Assembly: GCF_963921235.1 (NCBI RefSeq)
Contig: NC_086109.1
Span: forward strand, 35,218,001 to 35,282,000
Reading direction: 5' to 3'
Source of the DNA: Mobula hypostoma
Taxonomy: Eukaryota
DNA length: 64,000 nt
The position numbers and the translations under genes were made by a program. Position 1 is the stretch's first letter. Each line of letters starts with the position of its first letter. Shown piece after piece: positions 52,549 to 64,000 of the stretch. The notes beneath the pieces were generated by a model, which saw only the letters and a program-made list of their open reading frames with translations, did not search any database and had not been told where the DNA came from.

Positions 52549-53009
52549 ACTGCAACAAGCGCAATAACAGACAGAGCGCCATAGCTCATGGTGAGAACTA
52601 TACAGTCACATACAGAGGGGGAGGTGATTATTACCCACCCCAGTTACAGTCAGGGTGATCCACAAACACACAAGCGAACAACCGTATCACCCCAGCTGAA
52701 ATGCAACAAAAAATCGACTTGAACTTCTCACCATAATTACACAAATGCATTTTAAAGCAAGATCAATAAGTAGCACTGGCCACTGGGAATGCTGGGGCAA
52801 GCTGAAGATCAGGTCCCTGGAGCCCCACGCTATCATGCAAAAGTTTGGGCACCCCTGGTCTAAATTTCTGTTACTGTGACTAGCTAAGCAAGTAAAAGAT
52901 GAACTGATTTCCAAAAGGCATAAAGTTAGAGATGACACATTTCTTTATTATTTTAAGCAAGAAAACTTTTTTTATTTCCATCTTTTACAGTTTCAAAATA
53001 ACAAAAAAG

Positions 53010-53315
53010 GAAACGGGCCCGAAGCAAAAGCCCATCAAATTCAAACTGGCTTCCAAGAACCTTTTGATACTAATCCAACATTAATCTCCTATTTTTATTC
53101 TCATCAACCTCCCCATATTCTACCACTCACCTACACACAGTTGCCAATTAATCTACCAACTCGCACGTCTTTGGAATGTGGGAGAAACCAGAACATCCAG
53201 AAGAATGCATTGACAGACAGGAAGAATGCTTTCTCATGGACAAGCCCCAAGGTCATGTTAGACTTCTGGCACTGTAAGGCGTCTGTTCTACTAGCTACGT
53301 TACTGAGCAACCCAC
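53010..53315 (-). mobile_element. Decayed V-SINE/HE1-like SINE
   Basis: gccaattaatctacc...cacgtctttggaatgtgggagaaaccagaacatccag. Confidence 0.6.
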
Positions 53316-53664
53316 TGCTGAACCTTTTATGACTTGTCGTTTTTGTTTGATAAAACTCTTGCTACGTATCTCAAAGGGAATTCCGCAAATACATGTTATT
53401 GTTGGCAATTGATTTAATGGTTTGTTCCACTGTAGTTAATCAATACATCAATAGCGATTTTGTTAAGTCTACAAATGTTGCAGAATTTTGACAGTATTTT
53501 ATCCACAATTGCAGAGAAGTATGCAGCTTCATACAGTGTGAGTCTTAGAGAAGTATAAGGATTCAATCAAATTTTAACAACATCTTAATGGGTTTCTAAT
53601 GAAGCCAGTGCATTGGCTGAAAGAAATCATAGTTTATTGAATATGCTACAAATTTTCATTTTGC

Positions 53665-53899
53665 ACAATAGCAGGGCCTTCCAGCCCAATGAGCCTGCAT
53701 TGCCTAATTATACACAAGTGACTAATTAACCTACTTAACAGTACATCTTTTGAAATGTGGGGGGTGGAACCAGAGACCCGAAGGAAACCCATATGGTCAT
53801 GGGGAGAATTTACGAACTCCTTACAGTAGTGGCGGGAATTGAACCCAGGTCACTGGTGGTGTAAGAGCATTGTGTTAACCACTACATGACCATGCTGCC
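53665..53899 (-). mobile_element. tRNA-derived V-SINE/HE1-like SINE
   Basis: Minus strand ggcagcatggtcatgtagtgg (A box), ctgggttcaattcccgcc (B box), V-domain gggtttccttcgggtctctggttcc. Confidence 0.8.
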
Positions 53900-54134
53900 T
53901 AAATAACATTAAAATTTAATATTAAAGAAACAATCCTCTAACATACACTTCAGGCTGATGTTCGATGTACAGCGGTTGGAGGAGTTAGTATCTAGTTGAG
54001 GCTTTCAACCAAAGCCTTAAATTGCAAAAGTTTCATACTTCAACTCCCTCAGTTGTTAACATGAAAGGAAGTGTTCTTGTCTGCCATTGCAGATTTGGTG
54101 TAAGATCAGTCAAATCCTTGGAGAAACAGTGTTT

Positions 54135-54505
54135 AGAGAAGAATGAGTGGTGGACTCATTGAAACCTATCGAATGTTGAAAGGCCTTGATAAAGTAGATG
54201 TGAAGAGGAGGATTCGTATAGCGGGAGTGTCTAGAACCAGAGGACACAGAACTGAGAAGAGATGGAATTTCTTTAGCCAGAGTGTGGTGAATCTGTGGAA
54301 TTCATTGCCACAAGTGCTGTGGAGGCCAGGTCTTTGTGTATACTTTAGGCAGAAATTGTTAGATTCTTGATTGTTCAGGTAATGAAGCGATAGAGGGAGA
54401 AAGAAGGAGATTGGGGCTGAGAGGGAACTGGATCAGCCTTGATGAAATGGCAGAGCATACCTGATAGGCCAAATGGTCTAATTCTGCTTCTATAGCTTAT
54501 GGTCC
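54135..54505 (+). mobile_element. CR1 3' end fragment
   Basis: GGLIETYRMLKGLD...SRTRGH...FFSQSVVNLWNSLP; 3' UTR ggccaaatggtctaattctgct. Confidence 0.85.
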
Positions 54506-54534
54506 TGTATCGTGTTCCTTTCGGGTGTTTCACT

Positions 54535-55175
54535 GGTCATAGAATCATATAGTTACAGAGCACAGAGACAAACCTTTCTGCCCAACCTTTCCATGTTTAT
54601 TAGATTGTCCACCTGAGTTAGTCCCACTTTGCCTGTGTTTAGCCAATATTCCTTTAAACATTTCCTATCCATGTGTCTGCATCATTGCCTTTTAAAAATT
54701 GTATTTGTCCCCACATCCTGTGTGGGAATAAAACCTTGCTTCTCAGGCCCCTTTAATTCTTTCCTCTCTCTCCTTAAGCCTAAACACTATAGCAGGGGTT
54801 CCTAATCTTTTTATGCCATGGAACAATACCATTAAGCAAAGGGCCCCTGGACCCCAAGTTAGAAACCCCAGCCCTATAGTTTTAGATACCCTATCCTGGG
54901 AAAAGGACACTGACTATTTATCTGATTGATGCCCCCCCCTTTATTTTATTACCTTGTAATGCCACCCCTCAGTGTTCTGTGCTCCAGGGTGAAAAAGGTG
55001 ACAGCCTATCCAGCTCTCGAGATAACTGAAGGCCTCCAGTCTCAGTAAAATTCTAATGAATCGTTTCTACACCCTTTAGAGCTTATTGACACCTTTCTAT
55101 AACCGAGTGATCCGAACCTCACACTATACCTCCAGTAAAGTTGTAACATGCTGCCACAACTCCTGAACTCAATGT
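54535..55175 (-). mobile_element. Old CR1 3' fragment containing a hAT MITE
   Basis: tcatagaatcata tail; ccaatattcctttaaacatttcctatccatg 3' UTR. Confidence 0.6.
54793..54871. mobile_element. 79-bp hAT MITE
   Basis: TIRs caggggttcctaat / gttagaaacccca(g); 8-bp TSD cactatag / ccctatag. Confidence 0.8.
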
Positions 55176-56624
55176 ACAAGCGCAAAGCCCTGTGCTGGAG
55201 TTACAGTGAGTGCCTTGTTTCACTCTGTGCAATTAAAAAATATTATCTAGCCACTTGCAATGAGTAAACTGATTATCTATCTACAAGATGGAAATGACTG
55301 GCATTTACAAAGCATCAGAATGTTATAAACTAGTTCAGGTTCAGAAAATTACTTTCTTAAAGTATCATCCACGTTGCCTTCTTGGTAGACATACCTGTAA
55401 CTTATTTGTACAAAGGAGAATTGTGAGGGCACTTGAAAATAATGAATTCTTTAGATGTATTTGGTGGCATTCTGAATATGTACAAATGTAGATGTGTGCT
55501 TTTTGCATAATGGATGGGTAATTTTCCTCTGCGTTGGAATTTCTGAGGTGTTCTCATTTAGCCACTTCAATCATGGATTATTTTTGAAGACTGATTATGT
55601 ACAGTGTGGACTACTGCATTTCTGCCTTTAAGGAGGGCTTTGTCAGTGCGAAGGGAGAGCCTTTGTTCAAGCTGCAATGTGTTCATTGCCGTTTCAGTGA
55701 AGATTGTGTAAAGCACCCTAAGAGGATATGCATCCATAGAAGATGAGAAACAGTGATCCACTGAAAGCCTCCAAGAAGTTCCAGCTTTCCATAGTTAAGA
55801 ATGAATGGAGCACTAGGAGGTCATTCCTGGGTTCTATTTTTATAGTTCTCAGAGTCCAAGATAATTTTCCCAACAGCTGCCTCAGTTAGACAATTGTTGA
55901 CCTTACTGCACCATTTTTCCAAATATTTTTGTCACAATCTAACCCAATTTGGTGTAAGACTATGAAAAAAATTCCAACCAAGGAATTCCATTCCAACCAA
56001 CCAATTCCATTCCAGCCAATGCAATTCTTACATTAAGACTGATTAAATCTGTAATTAAATGAACATAGTTGTCAGATATTACTTTTCATTTTATCGTTAA
56101 TCATATTGAATGTTACAAAATGAAACAGTTGAAATGGGAGAGTCTGTGCCTTTGGGATCCACTGTAGAGCTGAACTCTATTGACAATGATTCAGGATCCA
56201 GTCTTGAGCAATGATCCTTACTGCATTCTTCTCCTCACAGTCCTTCAGGCAAAGTAAATGCATTGAATTCTATAAGATTGTGTGAGATTCCGTAGTGTTT
56301 TATGTTGGTGTTTAATGAGAACAACCTGTCTCTGCATATATTATTTTAATAGACTCAGAGTAACCCAAAAGAAATCTATCTGAAAATTTCTTACGGTAAT
56401 TTCTTAGAAAGAAACATTGGTATGATTCATACTTCATAACAAACAGACCAAAATGGCTTCAAGTTGACACTCTGCTTCACGGTGAATAAATATTGCAAAG
56501 TTGTTTTAGGAAACAGTGACAGATCTGGCAGGATCCTATACGTGGATAAAAAAAGAATTATGACAATGAGGTGGTTCATGCACTACACAGAGTCATCGAG
56601 AGGAGAGATACAGCAGAAAAACTA

Positions 56625-56862
56625 AACACAAAAAGTTGTGCAGATTATGGAAATCCAGGGCAACACATGCCAAGTGTTGGAGGAACTCAACAGGGCAGGC
56701 AGCAACTATGGAGAGGAATAAATAGTCGACATTTTGCCAAGATCCTCCATCAGAACTGGAAAGGAAGGGAGAAAGAGCCAGAATAAGAAGATGGGGGAGG
56801 TGAAGGAGTACAGCCAAGTGAGGGGGAAGGTGCGTGGGTGGGGGAAAGAGCTAATGAAGTGA
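56625..56862 (-). mobile_element. Decayed Penelope-like terminus
   Basis: ggaaatccagggcaacaca...ggaggaactcaacagggcaggcagc...ggaaaggaaggg. Confidence 0.75.
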
Positions 56863-56864
56863 GA

Positions 56865-57180
56865 AGCACAACACAGAAACAGGCCCTTCAACCCTTCAGG
56901 TCCATGCTTGCTATCAACCACCATTTACTTTATTTCTATATTAATCCCATTTTTTATTCTCATATTTTCATCATCTTCACTCATATCCTACCTCTCTATA
57001 TACTGGAGGGAATTTACAGGGGACAATTAAGCAATCATGCTTTTATGATATGAAAGGAAGCTAGAATACCTGGAGGAAGAGAGAATATGTTCAAACTTCA
57101 CACCGACAGCACAAGAGATCGAGATTGAGCCCACTTGTCCGATGCTGTGAGGCAATGGCTCATCTATTGGCATCAGTGAG
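56865..57180 (-). mobile_element. Decayed V-SINE/HE1-like SINE
   Basis: acagaaacaggcccttcaaccc tail; caaacttcacaccgacagcac...gagattgagccc. Confidence 0.6.
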
Positions 57181-57519
57181 GATGTAGTTAATAGTTCATG
57201 GCAGCAGTATTGCAGAGGTATGAAGAAAAATCCAACTGGAAGGGAGAGAGAATATCATCAGTATTACCCTCAGAGAAATTCAACTGCTCTGAAGGCAAAC
57301 ATCTCAGAATTGGATCCAGTCTAATCAGACCAGTGGAAACCAAGGGTGTGCAACAATCTTTCCATTGTTTTGCTGCAGTCAGCAGAACAGAGGATGTGAA
57401 CCTTCTTGAGAGCATGGGTCCAAACTGGCAATAATCTTCTAATATAAAGATCTCTTGCGCACCATGGTAATCTTGAGCAGAGATTATCGTTGATTAATAT
57501 TTCAGTCACACTGCCATTG

Positions 57520-59212
57520 AAACTGCAGTCTCTTCTGCCCCCACGGTCACTCTGCCATCTCGTGTCTCTTAGGCCCCACCATCAGCTCTTGGGTCCATGG
57601 GGACTCCATCTTCCTCCAACCCCACCTTTCCTGAACACTCCAACCCTCCTCTCTCCTCAGACACTAGTATCACTCTTCCTGGTGATCACAGCTCTCATTC
57701 GTGCTGGTTCTTCACAATTCCCTTTGACCTTCCACTCCCTGAGGCAGAACGTTTTGTCCTCAGTAAGGGCTTCACCTTTGTCCCCCTGTGCCCACACCTC
57801 AGTGAGTTCCGTGCCCACCATGACACTGAGCTCTTCTTCCGCCACCTCCGTCTCTGAGCCTGCTTCTTTAGCAAGGATTCTCCAGCCCGCACCGATGACC
57901 CCTTCTCCTGCTCTCAACCCTCCTCCTCTTCCTGGACTCCTGCTCTTTCTTGCTGCCTGCTCTGGATCTTTTTATCACTACCTGCTGATGAGACATCAAC
58001 CATCTCAACTTTGTCACTCCTCTCTTCAGTTTTTACCTCACTCCCTCTGAACGCACTACTCTCCATTCTGTCCACACTAATCCTAACCTCACCATCAAAC
58101 CCGCAGATAAGTGGGGAGTTGTAGTGGTTGACTGACCTCTACCCTACTGAGGCCAGGTGGCAACTCTCAGACCCCTTCTCTTATTTACCTCTTTAACAGG
58201 TCCCCACTGAGGAGCAGCAGGCCATTGTCTCCCGCACCATCACTGATCTTATTGATTCTGGGGCTCTTCCATCCACAGCCACCAACCACATAGTTCCTTT
58301 ACCCTGCGCCTGCCATTTCTACCTCCTACCCAAGATCCGATAGTGTCTTTGCGGATACGATTGGGTCTTTGTGGATCCAATAGAGTCTTTTAAGAGACAT
58401 TTAAATAGGTAGATGGAGCTTAGTAAAATAGAGGGCCATAGGTAGGCCTAGTAATTTCTAAGGTAGGGACATGTTCGGCACAAGTTTGTGGGCAGAAGGG
58501 CCTGTATTGTGCTGTAGGTTTTCTATATTTCTATCCATAAACCAGACTCTCCAGGTAGACCCATTGATTCTCCCTGCTCTTGCTCCACTGAACTTGTGTC
58601 TGCCTACCTTGTCTCCATTTTATCCTTCCTGGTTGAGTCCCCCCTTACCCATATCTGCGACAATTCACACGCTCTTGATCTTTTCAATGACTTTAAGTTC
58701 CCTGGCCCTGATCATCTCATTTTCACAATGAATCTCCTGTTCCTATACACCACCATCCCCCATCAGGAAGGCCTTAAAGCTCTCCACTTCTTTCTGGACA
58801 ACAGACTCACCCAGATCCCCTCCAACATCACTCACCTCCTTCTGGTGGAATTGATCTTCACCTTCAATAAATTCACCTTCAGCTCCCCCCACTTCCTTCA
58901 AACCAAAGGTGTAGCCATGGGCACTCACATGGGTCCCAGCTAGGCCTGCCTTTTTGTTGGCTACGTGTAACAGTCCTTGTTCCAAGCCTACAACGACATC
59001 ACTCCCCAACTCTTCCTATTCTACATTGATGACTGCATTAGCGCTGCTTCCTGCACTCATGCTGAACTTGTCTATTTCATCAACTTTGCCTCCAAATTCC
59101 ACCCTGCTCTCAAATTAACTTGGTCTATTTCTGACACCTCTCTCCCCATTCTCGATCTCTCTGTCTCCATCCCTGGAGACAGCCTATCTACTGATATTTT
59201 TTATAAACCCAC
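57520..59212 (+). mobile_element. Penelope-like element ORF remnant (N-terminal region plus RT), interrupted by a CR1 3' piece (58340-58535)
   Basis: LPEAERFVLSKGFTFVP; IFTMNLLFLYTTIPHQEGL; FLQTKGVAMGTHMGPS; LFYIDDC; FHPALKLTW...LPILDLSV...TDIFYKPT are Penelope RT motifs. Confidence 0.92.
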
Positions 59213-59624
59213 TTCACTTCATTGCAAAATACTTCACAAATTTTGCAATTTCATCAAATTACCTGAACTGTGTAAATCTTAAAGAAAATTGTTCAGTTCT
59301 TGAACCAATGATGCTTAAAAATTGCATTGAAAAGCTCTGAACGTCTGTCCTATAACAAGTGACAGAAAAAAATTTATAAGCAGAGTGAAACCAATATCAA
59401 CTGGCCCAACTATTTTCATTCCAAATAGTGCTGTTCTCTTAATAATGTGTTGTTGATCAGAAAAGGCATACATATTTGTAAATGGTAGGTGACACCGTGT
59501 ACCATATTGGGTAAGGATAAAAAAAACAGGTGCGGTTTGCACATACCCAAAGTGAACATTATCACTTTGGATTTGAAATAAAGAATGCAGCTTCTTTCAG
59601 CTCGTTATGCAATGAGGTTTACTC

Positions 59625-59915
59625 ACCTTTGCACTGAACTAAGGCTGTAGCCTCCAACTAATAGGCTGCTGAATCCCTGGGTACAGGGATGCCTGGCTTC
59701 ATGTCTGTGACTCACTTTCATGATCTTCAGTTCTGAATACTATTTGCTTATATTTATTGTTTGCATTGTTTGTTTTTTCCTCTCTTCACATTGGATGTTT
59801 GACGGTGTTCTTTTGTTTTAAGTGGTTTCTTTGCTTTGTGATTGCCTGTAAGGAGATGGATCTCAAGGTTGTATAAAGTATACATACTTTGATGATAAAT
59901 ATACTTTGAACTTTC
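59625..59915 (+). mobile_element. Rex1-related 3' UTR fragment
   Basis: ctcaaggttgtata...catactttgatgataaatatactttgaacttt tail. Confidence 0.6.
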
Positions 59916-61014
59916 ATTCCCTTGGAAAGACCAATTTCACCATGAAGTCCCACATATGGGCTGCTGTATATTAAAAATACCCCTAAAATTCTCCTGCTTC
60001 TGGCATTTATTCTAAAAAAAAGACTTGGGCCATAAGTATTAGAATACCATAGGCTTTCCCATCAAGTGTAAAGTAAGTTTTAATTGTCCAGAATAATGTG
60101 TAGTGTAAAGTGGAAGTAGGCCCGAAACCATCTTTCATTGACTTTATGAAGGTCACAGTCCTCTGAAAGAAAATGTCATTTTTAAACAAATAAAGCAGTG
60201 GCTTTCAAAATATAATTACTTCAAATCAGAAAAAGAGAGCTGGAATATATTTTAAATTATGCTTTATAGATTCCTATTCTCATTGCTGAAATAACATCAC
60301 AGGAAATTTTAATGGCTTATCAAACCTTTCAGTGCACTTTAGATGGGAACGTCCTTACATTATTCTGACACTGTGATCATTATAAAATACATGTATTGAA
60401 GGATATCATTAATCATGTCAAAGTCCTTTGGGTGCTGTGGATTATAATAAATGCTGAGTTAGATCAAAGTTAACAATGCAAATGGCTAAAATATCTCTTA
60501 TTTTAAATTAACACACTTATTCAAGAATTGAATGTCATTGAAATAGTGCTTGCAGATTAATTGACTTTGAGCAGATCAGAGACTACTCTAGTCCGCTGAG
60601 TACTTTTGCTTTTGATTAATTAAAATCGAAGAACATTAGGCTAGAGATTCACCAGTGGTCCTGGTGGCATGTTAATCGGTCATTACATGGTAGACTGATA
60701 TCTGCTTTTGTCATGGGTCTGCCATATAAAATTTCAATTTCACCAAAAGCTAAAGGAACAGAGCATTTTGGAAAAATCCTTAAGCAGCGGGCCCTAGGAG
60801 ATGAATAGTGCCCTGATTCAGGCTTTGGAGGAAATCAACTGAGGAGCATAAACTAAGAGAGATGAGATGAGGCCATAGAGAAGCACAGGTAAGTAATTTT
60901 AATACATTTGTATCTGAAGACAATGGGGGAAGGTAATTACTTGAAATTTTTTTCTTTTATTTCATTATGTTACTGATCAGTCTATGGTTTTGGTACTTTT
61001 AATGGAAATTAGTT

Positions 61015-61251
61015 AACTAAGAAATACTGCTGATGCTGGAAATCCAGAGCAAAACACACAAAATGCTGGAGGAACTCAGTAGATCAGACAGCATCTATGA
61101 AGAGGAATAAAGAATCGACGTTTCAGGCCGAGACCCTTCATCAGAATGTAGGGTCCCGGATCAACAGTCTCAGCCCGAAATGTCGGCTTTTTATTCCTCT
61201 CCATAGATGCTGTCTGACATGCAGAGTCCCTCCAGTATTTTGTGTGTGTTA
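61015..61251. mobile_element. Penelope-derived imperfect hairpin insertion with 15-bp TSD
   Basis: TSD taatggaaattagtt at 61000-61014 and 61252-61266; opposed termini; minus-strand ctgatgaagggtctcggcctgaaacgtc. Confidence 0.9.
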
Positions 61252-61627
61252 TAATGGAAATTAGTTTTTGTTTCTTAATAGCATTTCTAATAGATCTCAA
61301 TGCTCCTGGGACATATTACAGGCTTCCTGTTGTTCTTGCCTGAAAATTACATGCTCTGATACCTCACTGGATAATGTCCAAACATGGTAGGTGATCTACT
61401 TCTGGCTAAGTTTTGCACAGACAAACTGAGTCCAACACAATCCAGCCCAAATATTGCAATTTCTGGATAACTGTCGGAGTGAGAAGTGGGCCAGAAGCTG
61501 TTAGTGTTTCAATTTTTCTAATACAACAGTGGCTTTTGGTTAAGGCTCAATGCAAAGCCACACCTTGGTCTGAAAATTCTGGGCTCAAATTCACTGCAGA
61601 GTCTTAAACACAGGCAGATAATTCAGT

Positions 61628-62709
61628 AACATGAGAAAATCTGCAGGTGTTGGAAATCCAAAGCAACACACTCAAAATGCTGGAGGAACTCAGCAGGTCA
61701 GGCAGCATCTTTGGAAATGAATAAACAATTGTTGTTTCGGACCAAAGCCCTTCTTCAGGAATGGAAAGTAAGGGGGAAGATGCCAGAATAAAAAAAATGG
61801 AGGGAGGGAGGGGAAGGAGGATAGCTAGAATGTGGTAAGTGAAGCCAGATGGGTAGGAAAGTTAAAGAGCTGGAGAGGAAAGAATCTGATCGGAGAGGAG
61901 ATTGGGCCATACGAGAAAGTGAAGGAGGAGGGACCCAGGAGGAGGTGATAGGCAAGTGAGAAGAGGTAAGAGGCCAAAATGGGGAGTAGAAGAAGGGGGG
62001 GGGGTTATTTTTTACCAGAAGGAAAAATTGATGTTTATGCCATCAGGTTGGAGGCTACCCAGATGGAATACAAGGTATCGCTCCTTCACCCTGAGGGGGG
62101 AGAGGAGGCCATGGACTGGCATACGAGAATTGGAATGGGAATCTGAACTAAAATCTATGGCCACTGGGAAGTTCCGCTGTTGACAGATCGAGTGGAGGTG
62201 CTCAACAAAGCAGTGCCCCAATTTATGGCAGGTCTCACCAATGCAGAGGAAGCTGCATCGAGAACACTGGACACAACAGACAAACCCAACAGATTCCCAG
62301 GTGAAGTATTGGCTCACCTGGAAGGACTGTTTGGGGCCCTGAATGGAGGTGAGGGCGGAGTTGTATGGGTCCTGTAGCACATCGGTCACTGGCAGGAATA
62401 AGTGCCTGGAAAGAGAGTATTTGGAGCGGGGAGGATTAAATGGATAAAAATATGTGAAGGGGCATACTCTGCAGATATCTGAGAGAGGAAGGGAAAGTAA
62501 AAATATGTTTGGTGTTAAAATCCTTTTGGAGATGGTGGAAGTTGGGGAGGATGATGTGTTGGATGTGGAGGCATCTGTGGTAGTGGAAGAAAAACTCCGT
62601 TCTTTGAGGTGAGAGGACATCTCTAATGTCCTGGAAAGGAAAGCCACATCCTGGGAGTAAATGCAGCTGAGACGAAGGAACTGAGAAAAGGGAGTAGCAC
62701 TTTTACAGG
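61628..62709 (-). mobile_element. Penelope-like element 3' part with GIY-YIG endonuclease remnant
   Basis: IQGPKQSFQVSQYFTWES...CVQCSRCSFLCIGETCHKLGHCFVEHL...FHLGSLQPDGININFS; interrupted by an LTR at 62710. Confidence 0.9.
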
Positions 62710-63465
62710 TGTTACCTGTCTCGTGAGTATCTTGTGAGCATGATGTAATGGTCTTATGCTATTGGAATGATGTAGTGGTCTTGTGATAATGGGGTGATGC
62801 GATGTCACGTGATGGCATGTTCCAATTAGTATAAAAAGGGAAACCGTAGTTGTTGCATAGTTCGTTTTGTTGGGAGCTCGTTTTGTTGTTATGTCACAGT
62901 CGGTGGTTACATAATCGTGGAAGAAAAGCCAGTGGGAGTGAAGATTCGCTGGCTTCGATGAGCCCAAGGAATTGGGTAAAATTCAACGGCGTTCCGTGAT
63001 TGACATTTGGTACAGCCCATACGGGTATGGTGGTATACACTGTTGGTTAACCCCTGCATGGTCTCAGGGAATTGTGTACTGACCACTTCTGATGAAAGGT
63101 CAGTTACTTTGAGAAATCTTATTCTGCGTCATATCTTCGGACAAAGCAGTTCTCAGCTGTGAGCTGCGTCAGCAGTTTCGTCTATGCTTTCAGAAGTGTT
63201 TCAATGCTGGTTCGGGAAGTCTCTCCTCTCGATTGTCTTAGGAATCATATGGACTTATTAAACTACCACCTTAAGGCTGTGCTTAAATAAGAACTGTTCA
63301 ATAACTATAGACTGTTTGATAACTATAGATGAAAAACACTGTTAACTTCCATTTAAGATAGTCGTTCGTTTACTTTTCTATGTTTTGAGTAGAGGTTAAT
63401 AAAGTTTATTGCTTATTTATAAAAACCCGACTCCGTTTCATATCCATTGCTGCTGGTGCATAACA
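62710..63465 (+). mobile_element. 5' LTR of a Gypsy-type element
   Basis: tgtta...taaca inverted termini; TATAAAA at ~62831; AATAAA at ~63398; followed by a PBS. Confidence 0.9.
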
Positions 63466-63469
63466 TATG

Positions 63470-63493
63470 TGGGGACTCATCCGGGATTTGAAC
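63470..63493 (+). promoter_or_regulatory. Primer-binding site complementary to tRNA-Pro
   Basis: tggggactcatccgggatttgaac vs TGGGGGCTCGTCCGGGATTTGAAC (2 mismatches), 4 nt after the LTR. Confidence 0.9.
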
Positions 63494-63588
63494 AAATTTG
63501 GAGCTTAATTGATTGTTTAATTATCGACCTGATTGGAAAAGGGGAGATTCTTTTTGTTTGATTGGTTTGTGTGTAGTAATCAGCAGCA

Positions 63589-64000
63589 ATGGATGTTGGG
63601 GCCTTTTAGGATTCACCTACCCCTGTGGCATTAGTGAATGCGAAAAAGGGTGAGGTGTGGGAAATTGCTGAAAAACTGAAGCTTACAGGGATAACGACGG
63701 TTATGACAAAGTCAGAGATTCAGAGAAAAATAGCTGAATATTATTTAGCTATGAAAGTGTTTGCTGAAGAGGTGTTGGAGAAGTTTCCTATAAGTAAAGA
63801 TATGATCTGGTTACAGCTAGAACAAATAGCGTTAGATAAACTTAAAATAGAAGCTGAGTTGGTACGAAATCGATTAGAAGCTGCCGAAAAACAGAGGCAG
63901 TATGATGCTAGAGAAGCAGAAAAACAGAGGGTGTTTGAGCTAGAAAAGATAGAGAAATTGAAGCAAGCTGGTTCGAGAAAACCAGTTATACCATTTATTG
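63589..64000 (+). pseudogene. Gypsy gag N-terminus; in-frame TAG at codon 7, otherwise open to the window end
   Basis: MDVGAF*DSPTPVALVNAKKGEVWEIAEKLKL...KSEIQRKIAEYY...then E/K/R-rich coiled coil; lies after the PBS. Confidence 0.75.

Noticed and set aside
53665..53899. tRNA gene (A and B boxes present)
   Set aside because: Boxes are followed by a V-SINE body and LINE-like tail; no complete cloverleaf.
57198..57434. 78-aa ORF MAAVLQRYEEK... in non-repeat DNA
   Set aside because: No recognisable domain or convincing splice context; this length is expected by chance.
60788..60895. Possible exon ending in a strong donor (cag|gtaagt at ~60889)
   Set aside because: The upstream frames I checked contain stops and there is no clear polypyrimidine acceptor; a lone donor is not enough evidence.

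Overview
Repeat-dense eukaryotic intergenic or intronic DNA. The repeat families (CR1, Rex1/Babar, L1, Penelope-like elements, HE1/V-SINE-like SINEs, Gypsy LTR elements, hAT and Tigger MITEs) suggest a cartilaginous fish, probably a ray; this is inference. I recognise no host protein-coding exon, RNA gene or CRISPR array. Every recognisable ORF is a retroelement remnant or a tandem-repeat artefact. Main structures: (1) a ~6.6 kb, 31-bp minisatellite that appears to have grown out of one short segment of an old LINE ORF2, is interrupted by a deleted Gypsy element with a GAAT target-site duplication (TSD), and has 1521-bp higher-order repeats; (2) a ~2 kb palindrome in which flanking DNA is duplicated in inverted orientation around Penelope termini; (3) many short Penelope-derived, often hairpin-shaped insertions with 8-15 bp TSDs and minimal hammerhead-ribozyme motifs; (4) a 5'-complete L1 with TSDs, a deleted RT core and a duplicated ORF1 C-terminal region; (5) solo and 5' LTRs, one with a tRNA-Pro PBS and gag start at the window end. 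Family names come from motif recognition, not database searches, and boundaries of decayed elements are approximate.
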